From assembly GCA_012295275.1 (NCBI GenBank), contig CM022676.1, positions 7,874,001 through 7,938,000 on the forward strand: DNA of 64,000 bases. Reading direction: 5' to 3'. The notes under the pieces are model-generated. The model ran no database searches. It worked only from the letters and a program-made list of their open reading frames with translations, and had not been told where the DNA came from. The translations under genes were made by a program, and so were the position numbers. Shown here piece by piece: positions 27,987 through 61,405 of this stretch. The DNA is from Chrysomallon squamiferum. Taxonomy: Eukaryota > Animalia > Mollusca. Numbering within the stretch: position 1 is the stretch's first letter; each line of letters begins with the position of its first letter.

Positions 27987-28019
<33 letters not shown>

Positions 28020-29619
28020 GCATATGCATATATAAGTATGTATTTATGTACATATATGTATGTATATATGCATGCATGTACGTATGTGTCTGTATATATG
28101 TATGTATGTATTAAATTTTATCAGAAAATCGGTTAGAAACTAAAATTCCTTTAGACTTGATTTGTTTTTTTTCTGTAAACTATCACAGGAAATGCTGTTA
28201 CAGAACTTTTCATATTAGTCTGTAAGTTAAAATCTTATTTCTTCGTCAATCTCCAAAATATTTTTTATCTCTCTGTATCTATTTTCCCGATTCAACATTT
28301 ATTCCAAATTGTTTTTGTGGTTATAATGTGCGAATGCAAAACGCTTCTGAGACGAATCTAAAAAGGTCAGTTTCAGTTTCTGAACTTAGAATAATAGTTT
28401 GCTCTACTGGGATTATTTCAAAATGATCGTCCAGTATATGGCCAGGTAGGTCAAAACTTATGGCGACAGGAATGTCAACTTCATCCATAATATCTTATTT
28501 GTGACAAACAGTTCTAACTCGTAACATATTTTTTATGGCGAACACATTTCATTTTTTTTTTTCATAACTTGCATATTAGGAAATACACAACATTTCTGAA
28601 ATCACAGTCCAAGTTAGTTTGGATTTTTATTTCAGTTTTTGTTTGTTCTGTACTGAATTTACAGTGAGATTTTATTAACCTTGTTTAATTTTTTTAACAA
28701 AGGGTCTTACGAAGTCTGTGATTAAGAAACTATATTTGTTTTCTTCTTTACGATTCATTAATATCAATTCACTTACTGTCAGGCGGTATAACGTTTTCTG
28801 GGACGTCATTTCGTCTTTCCTCTGTAGAAGAATATGGATTCTCTGTGTCTTCATGTTCAGCTGCAAGCGCAGTCTGATTATCTGAAACGTGGAATCAAGT
28901 TATGATTTCGTTTACATAAAAATTGTTATGTGCAGAGATAAAAATTAAAATATATGTGTGTATTTGTGTGTGTGTGTGTGCAGTTGTGTTTGTGTGTGCC
29001 TCTGTGTTTTTGTATGTGAGTACATACATGCATATATATATATATATATATATACACAAACATACGCAGAAACAAATGCATATCATATAATTCAAAAAGT
29101 CAATATGTTTAAGTGTATATTTTTGCATATACGTCATCTCTCGCATATCTATCTATGCATATACACGTAAGAAGGTGTTTCTATATATACATCGACATGT
29201 AAATGTGTATGTGTATACAGGTGCACATACTATGTATGCGTATATATGCATATAATATATGTATATGTCTATGAATGTATGTATGTATGCATGCATTTAT
29301 GTATGTTTGTGAATTTTAGGATTTGAATATTCTCTGTCTTATATACATCTAAATAGACTCTGCACATAGGCAATATTCGGTAAAATATGTTGCTGAATAA
29401 CCGATGGTAATCATCGCTGTTTATATTTGTGTGTGTGTGGGTGTGTATGTATGTAAATGTGTGTTTGTGTTCATGTAAATATATATATTTATGTAAGTGT
29501 GTGTTATGTGCGTCTGTATGGATGTATTTGTTTGTGCATGTATGTGTGTGTATGTGTCTGTGTTGAACTTACCAGAATCCGGAGCAATACTGTAGGAAAC
29601 ATGTTGATTTGTGCTGATT
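27689..29619 (-). other. Orphan cytoplasmic-tail exons (F): 29619-29573, 28881-28777, terminal 27777-27689; no own TM/Ig exons
   Basis: Intact AG/GT sites and open frames: RISTNQHVSYSIAPDS / DNQTALAAEHEDTENPYSSTEERRNDVPENVIPPD / NYQTSAAREDTENPYYPVFGHDPLLQNTD*. Introns are homologous to gene C tail introns. Confidence 0.65.
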
Positions 29620-30849
29620 CTGATATTTAACACACACACACATACACATAAAATACATACATACGTACATATATTTATCACTATCTGAGTTAATGTCATT
29701 TAGCAATTGTGAAATCTGGGTGGAGTCAACATTATGTTTGGATGATGATTAAGTCCTGGAAAGCAGAACAGTTGGATAATGTTTGTAATGATGTAGTGTA
29801 AGATAATTCAGTGTTAATTAGTACGTGTATCACTGTGTAACAACAGGCAGATACTGTACCGCAGTATATTTTAATACAGTGAATTTATGATTACGCTGAT
29901 AGGACCAGTTTATAAATAAGATTATGATTTAGTAACATTTGATTTTTATATTCTATTCCTAACCAGCTTAGACTTAGGTTTTCTCTGTATAATTTGTTTA
30001 TACACTAAACTTCGATAGCTTCACTCAGTGACGCAAAACAGTGTCTAGATTGAACTGGAATGAAGTACAGTGATAATAATATTACTTAAAGTTATATCAC
30101 ACAATATAATAAGATACTTTACAATATAATATAATATTGCACGATATGATATCATAAAAACACAATAGAAAAAATACAGTAACTTGACAGAAACAGTATG
30201 AGGTGTTTGGGGTTAGAGTTTTTTGTTCGTCTTCTTTCATCCATGGCTGGTTTTAAACAGACTTGTAGAGATACAATATATGAAATTAAAACAAACCGTG
30301 TCATGTCATGTGGTAAGAAACAAAACTGACAAACTGCCAAATTCAAAATGGTCGCCTTTATCTCTTTGCAACACCCAGTTTATTATGAAATATCATCTGA
30401 GAATTTGCACAAACATTTTTCATTATTAAAAATGAACGCACACACACACACACACACAAATCTGTGTTTGTATATATATATATACACACACACACACATA
30501 CACATGTAAAGATGAACATACGCACATGCACATGTATTTACTCACCTACTTACTCACAAAAAAAAAGAAAAAACACATTCAGCATACATATATACATGGA
30601 TACATACTACATACATACATACATACGTACGTAAGCACTTATCTGCAAACACATTGCTATAATATAAATAAATACATACGTACATATATACAGACAGGCA
30701 TAACCTCCCAAAAAACATTACCCCCACAAATAAACCAAAAAAAAAACCCCTCCAAAAACGTACTGGACAAGTATTCAAAATATAACGGGAGTAACCCTGA
30801 TAAGCCGGGAAAAGTAATAATAATAATAATCATAGTAATAATAATAGTA

Positions 30850-30942
<93 letters not shown>

Positions 30943-31909
30943 GAACGAAAAGAAAAAAACAAAGAAGAAAAATCATCCAGAGGTTGAATAACAGGTACAG
31001 GCTGAAAACTTAGTAAATGTTATTGTGAGAAATGAGTTTTGAAAGAAAATAAGACAGAACAATAACAAATCACTATACACACAAATAGTTTACGAAAAGT
31101 CGTTGAATATTTTGATATCAGAGACTGGAGTATGTTGAGAATGGTACAACAGATACGTCGATTACAGAAACTAATAGAAACATTGTTATTTCGCATATTT
31201 TTATATAATTATGTACGTTATAGGTGTATGAATACACACACGGATTTAGATGTATACTAAAAAAATAAGAATACAGCATGCACGCACACACACACTCACA
31301 CATTCTTATATAACCGAACAAAATAGAAAGAATATGCTACACAATAACTTGGCAGAAAGAACATTAGGTGTTTTGGGTTACATCTTTTGTGCGTCTTCTT
31401 CCATTCATGGCTGGTTTTGAATAGAGTGTAGAGTTACAAATATCACAGTAAAACGGGTCCGTCTTGTCATGACAGAACAAACTAAACTTGACAAACCGCC
31501 AAATTGAAAATGGCCGCCATTTATCTCTTTAATTTGCAGAACCCAGTTTGTTATGAAATATGACGTGAAAATTTGGAAAAACATTTCTTATTATTAAATA
31601 TGAATAAAATCGCACACACACACACACATACACACACACATATGCGAATGTACTTATATACATATGTACATAAACGAACATACGCACATACACATATATT
31701 TACTTACCTCCTTACATAGATAGGTACATACAAAAAAAAAAAAAATAATAATTTAAAAAAAACACCACAAACAAACACCTTCAGCATACATACATGCACA
31801 CATACATTCAGTGAATTTAATTTATTAATAAAAATGTATAACAACCCAGAGGTTAATTTAAATATATTTACATTTTATTTTATTTTATTTTATTTATTTA
31901 TAATTTAAG

Positions 31910-32231
31910 GTCAGTATTATATGTTAACAACATCAGACAGATGGGCAGTTGTTGGATCACTTTTGACTTCCACTTGTCGAGAAATTCGTTCACCGATTCT
32001 TTGTTTTATTATTGCTTGGTTTGTGAATAACACTCAATGCAAGATGCATGAACTAGATGGAAAATGTCAGTGTCGTTTTCTTAATGAACATTCAGAGGAA
32101 TAAATTTTTTAACTGTCTTTTTGAACGAATCATTCTCATAGTAAAGTCTGTCAAAATCAGTCAACATGAAACAGTATGGAGATATGATGAATATGGACGA
32201 CGAAACAATGAAATAAAACTCGAAGTGAGAG
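31910..32231 (+). pseudogene. V-like Ig pseudo-exon 3
   Basis: 322 nt, +1 frameshift, WRY, in-frame TAA after HSEE (ORFs 31921-32103 and 32057-32443 are its two halves). Confidence 0.85.
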
Positions 32232-33338
32232 GTAAAATTAACTTTATTTTTAATATTATTACTATACGTATTGTATTTAAAAAAAAAGAAGGAAAAAACA
32301 AAACAAGAAACAACAACAACAACAAGTTCGTCAATTTCGGTATGAAGCATTTGCCTCATTTGCTTCAGTGTTGTTACGGCCATATATGTATACTTTTATA
32401 TATATGTGTGTCTGTATGTATGCGTATGTGTATGTGTACGTGAGCACACATGTAGAATCATATGTTCTTTTATAGATAATTACATATTTACAAATACTTA
32501 GGCAGTGAGTTGGATGGACGGATGGATGGGCAGAATGATCGAAAGAATGAAAGAAACAAATGAACATTGGCAGAGTATTGTCTACGAGCAAAGTCTAACC
32601 AGACGTAAATAAGACAAAGAACATTCCGATCCTAAAATACATATTACATACTTGCCAGTGACAGGTTTCCTATGTAAATAGATGCACGTGAAAATTACAA
32701 AAGACAAAGAACGCAATACGACGTGGGAAGCGATGATTACCTGCGATTACTGAGAAACCTTTTGACATAAAAAATAAGATCCACGCAAAATTATAAAAAA
32801 CAAAGAACGGCGTGCTTCGTGGTAGAATATAAAATCTGATAATACATATTTGCCGGTGCAAGGATTAACACAAAACAATAGATTCACGAAAGCATTACAA
32901 ATGACAAAGGAAGACGTACGACGTGGGAAGTATTCGATCTGATTATCCCCAGATTAACTGCACAACCATTACTTTTTTTGTTTTTGTTGTCTGATTAGGT
33001 TACACGTAGACAATATTCGGTGACGTCATCCATCTTCGAGGTGCATTATGATTACTCTCGGTCTAAAATAGCGTTCGTCGCGCTGAAGAGCGGTCACGTT
33101 TTAGTCAGCTGACCGTTACGTCATTGTTTAGGTCGTTTCGAACATGTCCGAAGATTTCCGAGTCTGTCATTTTCTGATAGAGGTCTTGGGGTTCGTCTTG
33201 TCGTGTATGTACAAGTAAATAGTACTTTTTATACGCTACCAGCGAACTGCTGAAGTCAGTCGAGTGGTTCTAGTATATTATAGATATTATTTTACTGGGA
33301 TTAAAACGGATTTAGATATATACTCAAAAAGTAAGAAT

Positions 33339-33381
<43 letters not shown>

Positions 33382-34960
33382 TCTTATATAACCGAACAAA
33401 ATAGAAAGAATATGCTACTCAATAACTTGGCAGAAAGAGTGTTTTGGGTTACATATTTTGTGCGCCGTCTTCCATCCATGGCTGGTTTTGAATAGAGTGG
33501 TAGAGTTACAATAAGAGTTAAAACGGGTCCGTGTTGTCACGACAGAAATTGACTAAACTTGACTTGCAGCCAAATTCAAAATGGCCGCCCTTTATCTCTT
33601 CGGGTTACATCTTTTGTGCGTCGTCTTCCACCCATGGCTGGTTTTAAATAGAGTGTAGAGTTACAAATATCACAGTAAAACGGATTCGTCTTGTCATGGC
33701 ATCAGAAACAGAACTTGAGAAGCAGACAAATTCAAAATGGCCGACCTTTATTTCTTTGCAGCACCCATTTTATTATTAAATATCACTGACAATTTGTACA
33801 AAATTGTTCATTATTAAAAATGAACACAAACGCACACACACACACACACAAACAAATGTACATATATATATATATGCATACATATAAACATAAACGAACA
33901 TACGCACATACACATATATTTACTTACCTACTTACATAGATAGGATACTTACAAAAAAAAAAAAAAATACCTTCAGCATACATACATGCACACATACATA
34001 CATTCATACATACGCAACAATTTATCTACATACCTGCAAATACACAAATACATATTTCTATAATATAAAATACCTACATACGTGCACATATACACCCAGG
34101 CATAAACCCCCGCCGAAAAAAAAAACATACAAAAAAAAAAAAAAACATAACAAAAAAGTAAACACATACAAACAAATATACGTATTGAAGAATATCAAGT
34201 ATTCAAAATATAACGCTGTATGGCAAGTCTAAGAGCTGGATTCAATTCAGTGAATTTAATTTAATAATAAAAATTAAAAAACAACCCAGAGGTTACTTTA
34301 TAAAGAATAAAACGAATTTTCAATTTACGAAAATAAAATATAATAAAAAACTATATTTTTATTAACGTGAAAACTAAAATAAAGGAAAAGTTGTAATATA
34401 TTCTGTGTGTTCGTGTTACTGGGATGTGTATAATAAAATATTATAAAAACTATATTTTTATTAATGTGAAAACTAAAATTAAGGAAATGAGTTGTATGTT
34501 ATTCTGTGTGTTCATGTTACTGGGATGTGTATTGTACGTACGTATTTTATATTCAGATTATTTTTCTCTATCCGAATTCATTGCATTTCATTGTTAAATC
34601 GCTGAAATAACTGTTACATATTCCTGACTAATGTAAATTAAAAAGCATAATTGTGTGTTTCGAAATTTGATATACATTTGTATTACGACACGATACAGTA
34701 ATATAATATATCATAACAAGATATGACAGTCTGTAACACAACTTAATGTAACAGAATATAATACGTCTAAAATTATGTAACAAATCGTAACAAAGTAATG
34801 ATAATGATGAGACTACTTCTACTACTACTAATAATAATAGTAATAAATAAAAAATATCATAAATTAGAAACAATGCAATTTCATAAAAATAATTTCATTT
34901 AATTTAATTTAATTATATTTATATTTTATTTTATTTTATTTTATTTATTTATAATTTAAG

Positions 34961-35282
34961 GTCAGTATTATATGTTAACAACATCAGACAGGTGTTCAGT
35001 TATTGGATCACCTTTTACTTCTACTTGTCGAGAAATTCGTTCTCCGATTCTTTGTTCTATTATTGCTTGGTTTCTGAATAACACAGAATGGAAGATGCAT
35101 GAACTAGATGGACAAGGTCAGTGTCGTTTTCTTAATGAACATCCAGAAGAATACATTTTTTAAGTGTCTTTTTGAACGATTCATTCCCATAGTAAAGTCT
35201 GTCAAAATCAGTCAACATGAAACAGTATGGAGATATGATGAATATGGACGACGAAGCAATGAAATAAAACTTGAAGTGAGAG
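34961..35282 (+). pseudogene. V-like Ig pseudo-exon 4
   Basis: 322 nt; open to HPEEYIF then TAA caused by the shared +1 frameshift; WRY. Confidence 0.85.
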
Positions 35283-36989
35283 GTAAAATTAACTTTATTT
35301 TTAATATTATTACTGTACGTATTGTATTTACAAAAAAAGGAAAAAAACAAAACAAGAAATAACAACAACAAGTTCGTCAATTTCGGTATGAAGCATTTGC
35401 CTCATTTGCTTCAGTGTTGTTACGGCCATATATGTATACTTTTATATATATGTGTGTGTCTGTATGTGTATGTATGTGTATGTGTACGTGAGCACACAGG
35501 TAGAATCATACGTTCTTATATAGATAATTACATATTTACAAATACTTAGGCAGTGAGTTGTATGGACGGATAGATGGACAGAATGATCGAAAGAATGAAA
35601 GAAACAAATTAACACTGGCAGAGTACTGTTTACGTGCAAAGTCTAACGAGACGTAAATCAGACAAAAAACATTCCGATCCTAAAATACATATTACATATT
35701 TGCCAGTGACAGGTTTCCTATGTAAATGGACGCACGTGAAAATTACAAAAGACAAAGAACGGAATACGACGTGGGAAGCGATGATTACCTGCGATTACTC
35801 AGAAACCTTTTGACATAAAAAATTAGATCCACGCAAAATTATAAAAAACAAAGAACGGCGTGCTTGGTGGTAGAATATAAGATCTGATAATACATATTTG
35901 CCAGTACAAGGATTAACAGAAAAAAATAGATACACGCAACCATTACAAAAGACAAAGAACGGTGTGCTTCGTGGGAAGCGATGATTAACCCCGATTACTG
36001 AGCAGCCTTTTTCCTTGTCTGATTAGATTTACACGTAGACAATATCCGATGACGTCATTCGTCTTCGAGGTGCATGGTGATTACTCTCGGTCTAAAATAG
36101 CGTTCGTCGAGGTAAAATTAACTTCAAGTTTAATATTATTACTATACGTATTGTATTTAAAAAACAAAACAAGAAACAACAACAACAACAAGTTCGTCAA
36201 TTTCGGTATGAAGCATTTGCCTCATTTGCTTCAGTGTTGTTACGGCCATATATGTATACTTTTATATATATGTTTGTCTGTATGTGTATGTATGTGTATG
36301 TGTACGTGAGCACACAGGTAGAATCATACGTTCTTATATAGATAATTACATATTTACAAATACCTAGGCAGTGAGTTGGATGGACGGATGGATGGGCAGA
36401 ATGATCGAAAGAATGAAAGAAAGAAATGAACATTGGCAGAGTATTGTCTATATAGCTAATAGTACGTTTTTTTTGTAGTTGTCTTTAGTATACGTGTTCT
36501 GTTTATGTATGTACGTATGAAGGTATTTTACCTGATAGGTATATTCATTTCTAGGTTTGCAGATATGTATGTATATATGTATCATGTATGTATGTATGTA
36601 TGTATATGTATCTATGTATGAATGTATGTATGTATTTACGTACGAATGTATTACTGAGATTAATCATATGTGTATTTCTTTGTAAATACGTTAATTTTTC
36701 GTGACAAATTCCCTGATTTTAGCATAGTTACAGTCACAGTTCACTCAATGTTAATGAATGGTAGAAATTCGCGATTAGAAACTCATTAAAATGTTTATAA
36801 CTTTTCTCACAGATAATTATTTACACAGTTCAATTCTGTACACACTGAATATTTGCATTTTAATAAAATCGTTTTACGATTTGACCTCCGTTAATTGTTC
36901 ATGAAAATGTCTTACGAAGTTTATGATTAACAAATAAACTTGTTTTCTTCTTTATAATTCACTCATATTACATCATTTAATATCAAACT

Positions 36990-45250
<8,261 letters not shown>

Positions 45251-45291
45251 TTCGAGTATTTTAGTTTTCACTCCCGTTAACAAAAATAAAG

Positions 45292-45326
<35 letters not shown>

Positions 45327-46879
45327 GTTAGTTTATCTTTTCTTCTCTACTTTCATATTTTCACTCTTGTTAATACAAAAATAGTTTCTAACTTATCATC
45401 TTCTTTTAAATTCTTCCTTGTTTACTTTTCTGTTGCTATGTTACCACGTTTACTTCCTGTTTCACAAGTAAAACACCCGTTTTGTTCTTTGTAAAAATAA
45501 CATCTGTAATACGCTAGATCCTCTCGACTGACTTCAGCAGTTTGCTGGTACCATAAAAATATAATTTAGTCCCACATATACACACTAGAAGAAGAAACCC
45601 CAAACCTTTATCATAAAATGACCGACGTGTTTGAATTGACCTAAAAAATAACGCTACGGACTGCTAATGAACAAGTGACAGCTTTTCAGTGCTGACCAAG
45701 GGTAATCATCGCTTCACACGCCATTCACGTGCGCTCCGAAGGTGAATGACGTCACCGAATATTGTCTACGTGTAGATCTAATCAGACAAGAAGAAAGGTC
45801 GCTCATATTCGGTGGTAATCATCACTTCCCACGAAGTACACCGTTCTTTGTCTTTTGTAATGTTTGCGTGTATCTATTGTTTTTTGTTAACCCTTGCACT
45901 GGCAAATATATTTTTATCAGACTGAATATTCTCCCAAGAAGCACGCCGTTCTTAGTCTTTTGTAACTGTTGCGTGTATCTATTTTTTTCTGTCTAAAGTT
46001 TGCTCAGTAATCAAGCGCAGTCATCGCCACCCACGAAGCACGCCGTTGTTTGTCTTTTGTAATTTTTGCATGCATCTATTGTTTTTTTTTTGGTTTGTTT
46101 TTAGGGGAGGCTAGCCTATTGCTAGACAATACTCTGCTTATGTTCATTTATTTATTTCATTCTTTACCTCACTCTGTCCATCCATCAGTCCATCCAACTC
46201 ACTTCTTAGGTATTTGTAAATATATAATTATCTTTGTAACAACGTATGATAGTATGTGTGTGCTCACGTACACAAACGCGCATACACACACACAGGCACA
46301 TACTTTTACTATGAATTTGAAAACTTATTAATTACAAGTTCACACACATACATATATACACTTATACAAACACGCACATACATACATTCACACACACAAG
46401 TACATACATACATAAATTCTGAGCTGGAAAACATTTCAGTTAGGCACTCAAAAGTCTTTTTCTGTTTGTGAAATAGTGCTAACTATAATTGTAGATCTTT
46501 TTATCCGGATTTCTGTGAGAAGAAATTCAAAGTAGTGAGTGAAATAGATCCAAAGTTACACATTTTTTTTTAATATTTAATTTTCTGGTGGTGTTATCTC
46601 AAAATTGCCATTTCTAACTCCCGATTTTATAGAGCCCATTCTCTGCAGAGTATATTTAGGTTGATAGAGGAAGCCAGAGCTGGTAAAATCATTTACTTAA
46701 CTCTAGATTTAAAAATACTACTACTAATAATACAAAAAAAAAAAAAAAACTATGAATGTATTGAAATACATGTTGATACAGTGAACCAACTTTATCCAAA
46801 AACAAAAGGAAGAATTTGTCCTGTTATACTGACTCGCCGTCAACGCCAGCCAACGCGTACACGAAGTCGCCTACTACTT

Positions 46880-47982
46880 TCGCGTTCATGACAGTATCAC
46901 GACTCCGACAACGTACACCACACTGGGCAAATGCAAGATCGACCACGTTCCGGTAGACCACGATTAACTACTCCAACGGAAGATAGGTATTTAGTGACGT
47001 CATCTCGACGACACAGGTTCTAGAGTGCTCCACTTTTAGCCCGTACTTTGCAGCAAACCACAGACACTAGAATTCAAGCTCAAATTGACCGTAACCATCT
47101 CCATGCTGCACGATTCCAAGCACGACGCCCTGTTGTAGCTCACAGAGCGTCACATTCAAGAACGTCTGAGATGGGCCAGAATACACCAACACTGGCGACG
47201 CAGATAGTGGGATCAAACATTATTCACAGACGATTCCAGGTTTTGTTTTCACTTTGATGGTAGACGTCATGTATGGAGGAGACGAGGAGAAAGATGTGAT
47301 GCAGACAACATCATTCAGCATGTCCGACATGGCTGTGGCAGAGTCATGGCCTGGACCGGCATTCATAGTGGAGATAAAACAGATCCTGTCTTCATTCACG
47401 GAAACATGACTACTCAACGTTACAGTGACGACATCATTACACCAGTGGTCATTCCATTCCTGCAGCAGCATCCTGGCTTTCTGTTTGAACATGACAACGC
47501 TAGACCACACACGGCTAGGCTAACCAGTAACCTTCTTGAGTGGAACGACATCCAAGTGTTGAACTGGCCACCAAAGTGCCCTAAATTGTCTCCAACTGAA
47601 CATGCATGAGATCTACTACGCCGTAGGGTACGCGAATACGACCCTCATATTCTTAATGTCCAAGACCTACAAATTGCTCTGAACCGTGAATGGAACGCAA
47701 TTACTGTTCCTGAGATTGATGCTCTCATTAGAAGCATGAGATTACGATGTACTGATGTCATCATTGCCACTGATGCGCACAATTATTGAACCCCTCACAC
47801 CATTTTGGTAGATGTACCCCTCCATTTCATTAGTTGGCAATAAAGTAACAACGTTGACATCATGACAACGTGTTACTGCTGGCTACATTCGGAAATGCTT
47901 TATCAACGAAATAATGTGTACAAATAAATTCAACATCCAATCAGATTGTCTGTATTTCATATGTTCTTCGTTACTGGGAAAC
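46880..47982 (+). mobile_element. Decayed Tc1/mariner transposon (DD34E transposase pseudogene)
   Basis: DRPRSGRPRLTT DNA-binding linker, LFTDDSR first Asp, HDNARPH then 34 residues to PTEH Glu; stops and frameshifts. Left TIR not identified. Confidence 0.9.
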
Positions 47983-49050
47983 ATATATATATATATAAAT
48001 AGATGCGTGTGTGTCTGTGTATGTGTGCAGCAGTCAGTAGTGCAACAAACTGGATGTAAAATAAAATATGAAAGGAGGTTTGGTGTCATCTGTAAACACT
48101 TTAACTGGATACTCAAAAGTACTTCTCTCTTTGGGAAATACTCCTCTCTTTATATGGCACATGAACATTTCACATACATATATTGCTCAGGCGATGACAT
48201 AAAATACTGTAAAAAGAATACATACGTTATTGTTGTTGTTGTTCGAAAAATAAACATAGAAGTAATGAACTGATAGATCAGCAAGAACATGCTACTTTGT
48301 TGCTGTTACAACATCAGATTCAGAGGACTTGGCTGATGCTCGAAGTAACAACTCACAGTGCTAACTGAAACAAGTTCATCATTCAGATTCTCATATCAAT
48401 ATTGTTTGATGAGTTAAGTGAAACAATAAAAACAACACATATTGCCATGATTTGTTTTATTGTATTGTTTAGTTATTAAATGCAGTACACTATACCTATA
48501 CACAAAGTATTAATACAATGAGAACAGTGATATGGATAAATAACAAATATATTATACTGTTCACCACGCATGTATGTAAGGGATGTCACAACAATAATAA
48601 TGGGAATCGTAAATTTGATAAATCTGTGGTAACCTACAGGTTACCAGGTCCTGTTTTGTTGTAACCGCTAATTGGGTTTGGATCCTTATTTCGATGAGAC
48701 ACGATCCTCATTTCGATGGCTGCATGTTATGTTATGTCATGTTATGTTATGTCATGTTATATTATGTTATGTTATGCTATGTTATGTCATGTTATGTTAT
48801 GTTATGTTATGATATGAATTGTTATGACTAAGTTTGACAGTTAGAGTTGCAATTCACACAAGCAATGAATGGTAGAAATTCGCGATTAATAACTCATTGA
48901 AATGTTTATAACGTTTCCCACAGGTAGATATTTACACAGTTCAAATCTGTTGTCACTGTAAAAACTAAAATGATGTAGTCTTTACGTTTTAATAAAAACA
49001 TTTAACAATTTGACCTGGATTTAACGTTTTATGAAAGTGCGTTCCGAAGA

Positions 49051-58505
<9,455 letters not shown>

Positions 58506-58509
58506 CTTG

Positions 58510-58542
<33 letters not shown>

Positions 58543-59210
58543 AAGAAAGAAATAAAGAAAGAAAGAAAGAAAGACATAAAGAAATAAAATTATACTAAAC
58601 TACACTACTTTATTTTTATTTTTATTACTATGTTATATTGTGTTATATTATGTTATTTTATGTTATTCTTTCATATTTTAATAAATATATGTAAATGAAG
58701 CCTTTTTTTAACTTATTATTTATGGGAGTCAGAGAGAAAAAATCAAGATAGAAAGAAAAAGAAGAAAAAAGCTATCTGGCCTATTTAAATATAGAAACTT
58801 GCGTCAGCAGTAAAGGTCAACGTCTACAACTACGTCATTTGAACCCCGGTTTTTCATGCTTGTTTGTATTCGAATGTTCACGAAATGTTTTCATGTTAGG
58901 AAAATTTGCTGCTAGTTTTACAAATATTAGCAATTAACAAAATCAAAATGGCGGCAGAGGTAGTTATTTTTTATCAAGTGTGCTTCTATTTTAAATCTAT
59001 GTAAGTGCGCATTCATTTTGAGGATAGACTGATGGGTGGAAGAATATGTCAATTCACAGAAAAACATACTGAGAAAAAAAAAAGACAGATGAATGAATGA
59101 ATGATTAACAATACTCCAGCATATAGAACTCTTAGAGTGAAAGAGAAAAATAAAACAATTTTATTTCCAAATTAACTGTAAAATATTAAATCAGTGTTGT
59201 CAGTTTCACG

Positions 59211-59281
<71 letters not shown>

Positions 59282-59372
59282 TAACCCTGTAACTTATTGT
59301 AAATACTTATATAATTATATATGCTATAGGTGATATACATATATATATACTATAAGCAGACAAACACAAACA

Positions 59373-59415
<43 letters not shown>

Positions 59416-61405
59416 ACACACACACATTTATTCCGTATAAACCGAACACAATAGAACAAATACAGTAACTTGGCAGAAACAGTATAAGATATTCTGGATT
59501 ACATTTTTTGTGCGACTTCTCCCATGAATGGCTGGTTTTAAACAGAGTGGTAGAGTTACAACATACCAACGTGAAACTGATCAGTGACGTCATAACGTAA
59601 GAAAAACAACTTGACAAACAGCCATGTTGCCTAACTTAACCCACCATTCAAAATGGCCGGCCGTTATCTGTTTGTTACCATCTGTGGAAGTGTTAAATTT
59701 AATATTTTATTTCTAACGATACGCTATGTCCTTTTTAATTAATTTTATGTCTGATTGTTAATTAATACGTGTTAAATCCTGTATTTGAGTAATAATGATA
59801 CGTTATAATTCATTTTATGTATTGTTCATAATTAAATCTAATATTTGAATTATAATGATACATTGTAATCCATTTTATATATAGCTGTTAATTAGTAATA
59901 CTGACTAATTTTTGTTTAATTCAGTTTATCCATCCACCAACTCACTGCCCAGATATTTGTTAATATATAATTATATATGTAAGGGCGTATGTATGCGTTC
60001 TATACACACATACATAGATATATAAGCATAAAAAAGAGAAAAGTATTACATACATTCTTATAAAAGGAAATACATACGCACATTTATTCATACATTTAAA
60101 CACATACATAGACACACAGTCACACACGCACACACACATATATATAGATATATATATGTGTGTGTATATATACACACACATACACACACACATATATATA
60201 GATATACACATATATATTCAATAATGTGGACACGGTCTGTTTCTTTGTATCTGTCTGTCTGTCGCTCTGTTTCCCACACATTCACAAACACAGAGCACAA
60301 CACTTATTTAATAATTACTATACAAACATTAAAATAAACACAATGTAAATAAGAAACTGAAATTTGACAGTAAAATTCTGATAAACAAACCTCAGCACAC
60401 CTGACATAAAGCAACTGATAATACATAAAAAGGTTACTCAATATATTTCATCAGATTTTCTTTTCATAAAAAACATTTTTCACTTCTCTCCTTTAACACT
60501 TAAGAATACACGAGTGTTTCTACACCTTTTTCAGTTACTTTTGTCATGGGTGCATTTGACATCACATAACAAAAATATTTATTGCTGTAAATAATCTTTC
60601 ATATGCAGCTGCTTCATAACATACTAAAGTCGTCTGAAAGACGGATTCAAGGATTTTCAGTGGTGGTATATTAATTATTATAACTGTACAAATTAATAAT
60701 TTGTACCAATATTTTTGCAAATTGATGAGCATTGTGATTAAATATTTTGAATTACATAGCCACAGCACCAACAACAAAAGAACCAATGCAAAAGAAAGAG
60801 CAAAAAAACAAACAAACAAATTAAACCCCAGAAAAACGTATCTCCCTATTGTTCCCTGTTTCATTTACATATGCGCCAATATGTGCAATACTACATATGC
60901 AATCGTATAAAAAACAGATTATCGATAATTCATAGCTTTATTACATAAACGTCTAGTAATATTACTAACATTATAGTCTCTCTCTGTGTATATATACATA
61001 CATAGATATATACATACATACATACGAACATACATACATACATACATATGTACATATATATATATACATATATACATACATACATACATATATACATACT
61101 TACATGCATATATACATATATACATACATATATACGTCTGTAGGCCTCTGCATGTGCCTATATCTCTATTTATGTATGTATGTCTGTGTGCTTCTGTGTG
61201 TGTGTGTGGTTGTGTGTGTGCGTTTCTGTTAAAAAACTTCTTCACTCTACAGCGGGTACTAGGTGAACAAACTTGAAAGAGTTTTTATTCGCGTTATTTT
61301 ATTGAATACGAAGTATATAGATATCATACAGGAAGAAGCAAAGAAAAGATAGTAAAGAAAAAACTATATTTTTTATTAACGGCAGTGAAAACTAAAATAC
61401 TGGAA

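Larger units (their letters stand above)
30035..36450 (+). repeat. Segmental/tandem duplication block 2 (paralogous to block 1)
   Basis: Same cassette content; period 3051 nt between V pseudo-exons at 31910 and 34961; partial third unit at ~36110-36450. Confidence 0.85.

Noticed and set aside
48626-48646. TGGTAACCT-AC-AGGTTACCA hairpin as a TE terminus
   Set aside because: Single short palindrome; no partner terminus or second copy in the window.
60385-60460. Hydrophobic stretch VTFLCIISCFMSGVL followed by a GT as the missing leader of gene D
   Set aside because: An in-frame stop precedes it, the nearby ATG is out of frame, and its phase-2 end does not match the phase-1 V exon.
60562-60864. 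100-aa hydrophobic ORF with a faintly tetraspanin-like start
   Set aside because: Hydrophobicity derives from T-rich low-complexity sequence; no CCG motif or supporting exons.
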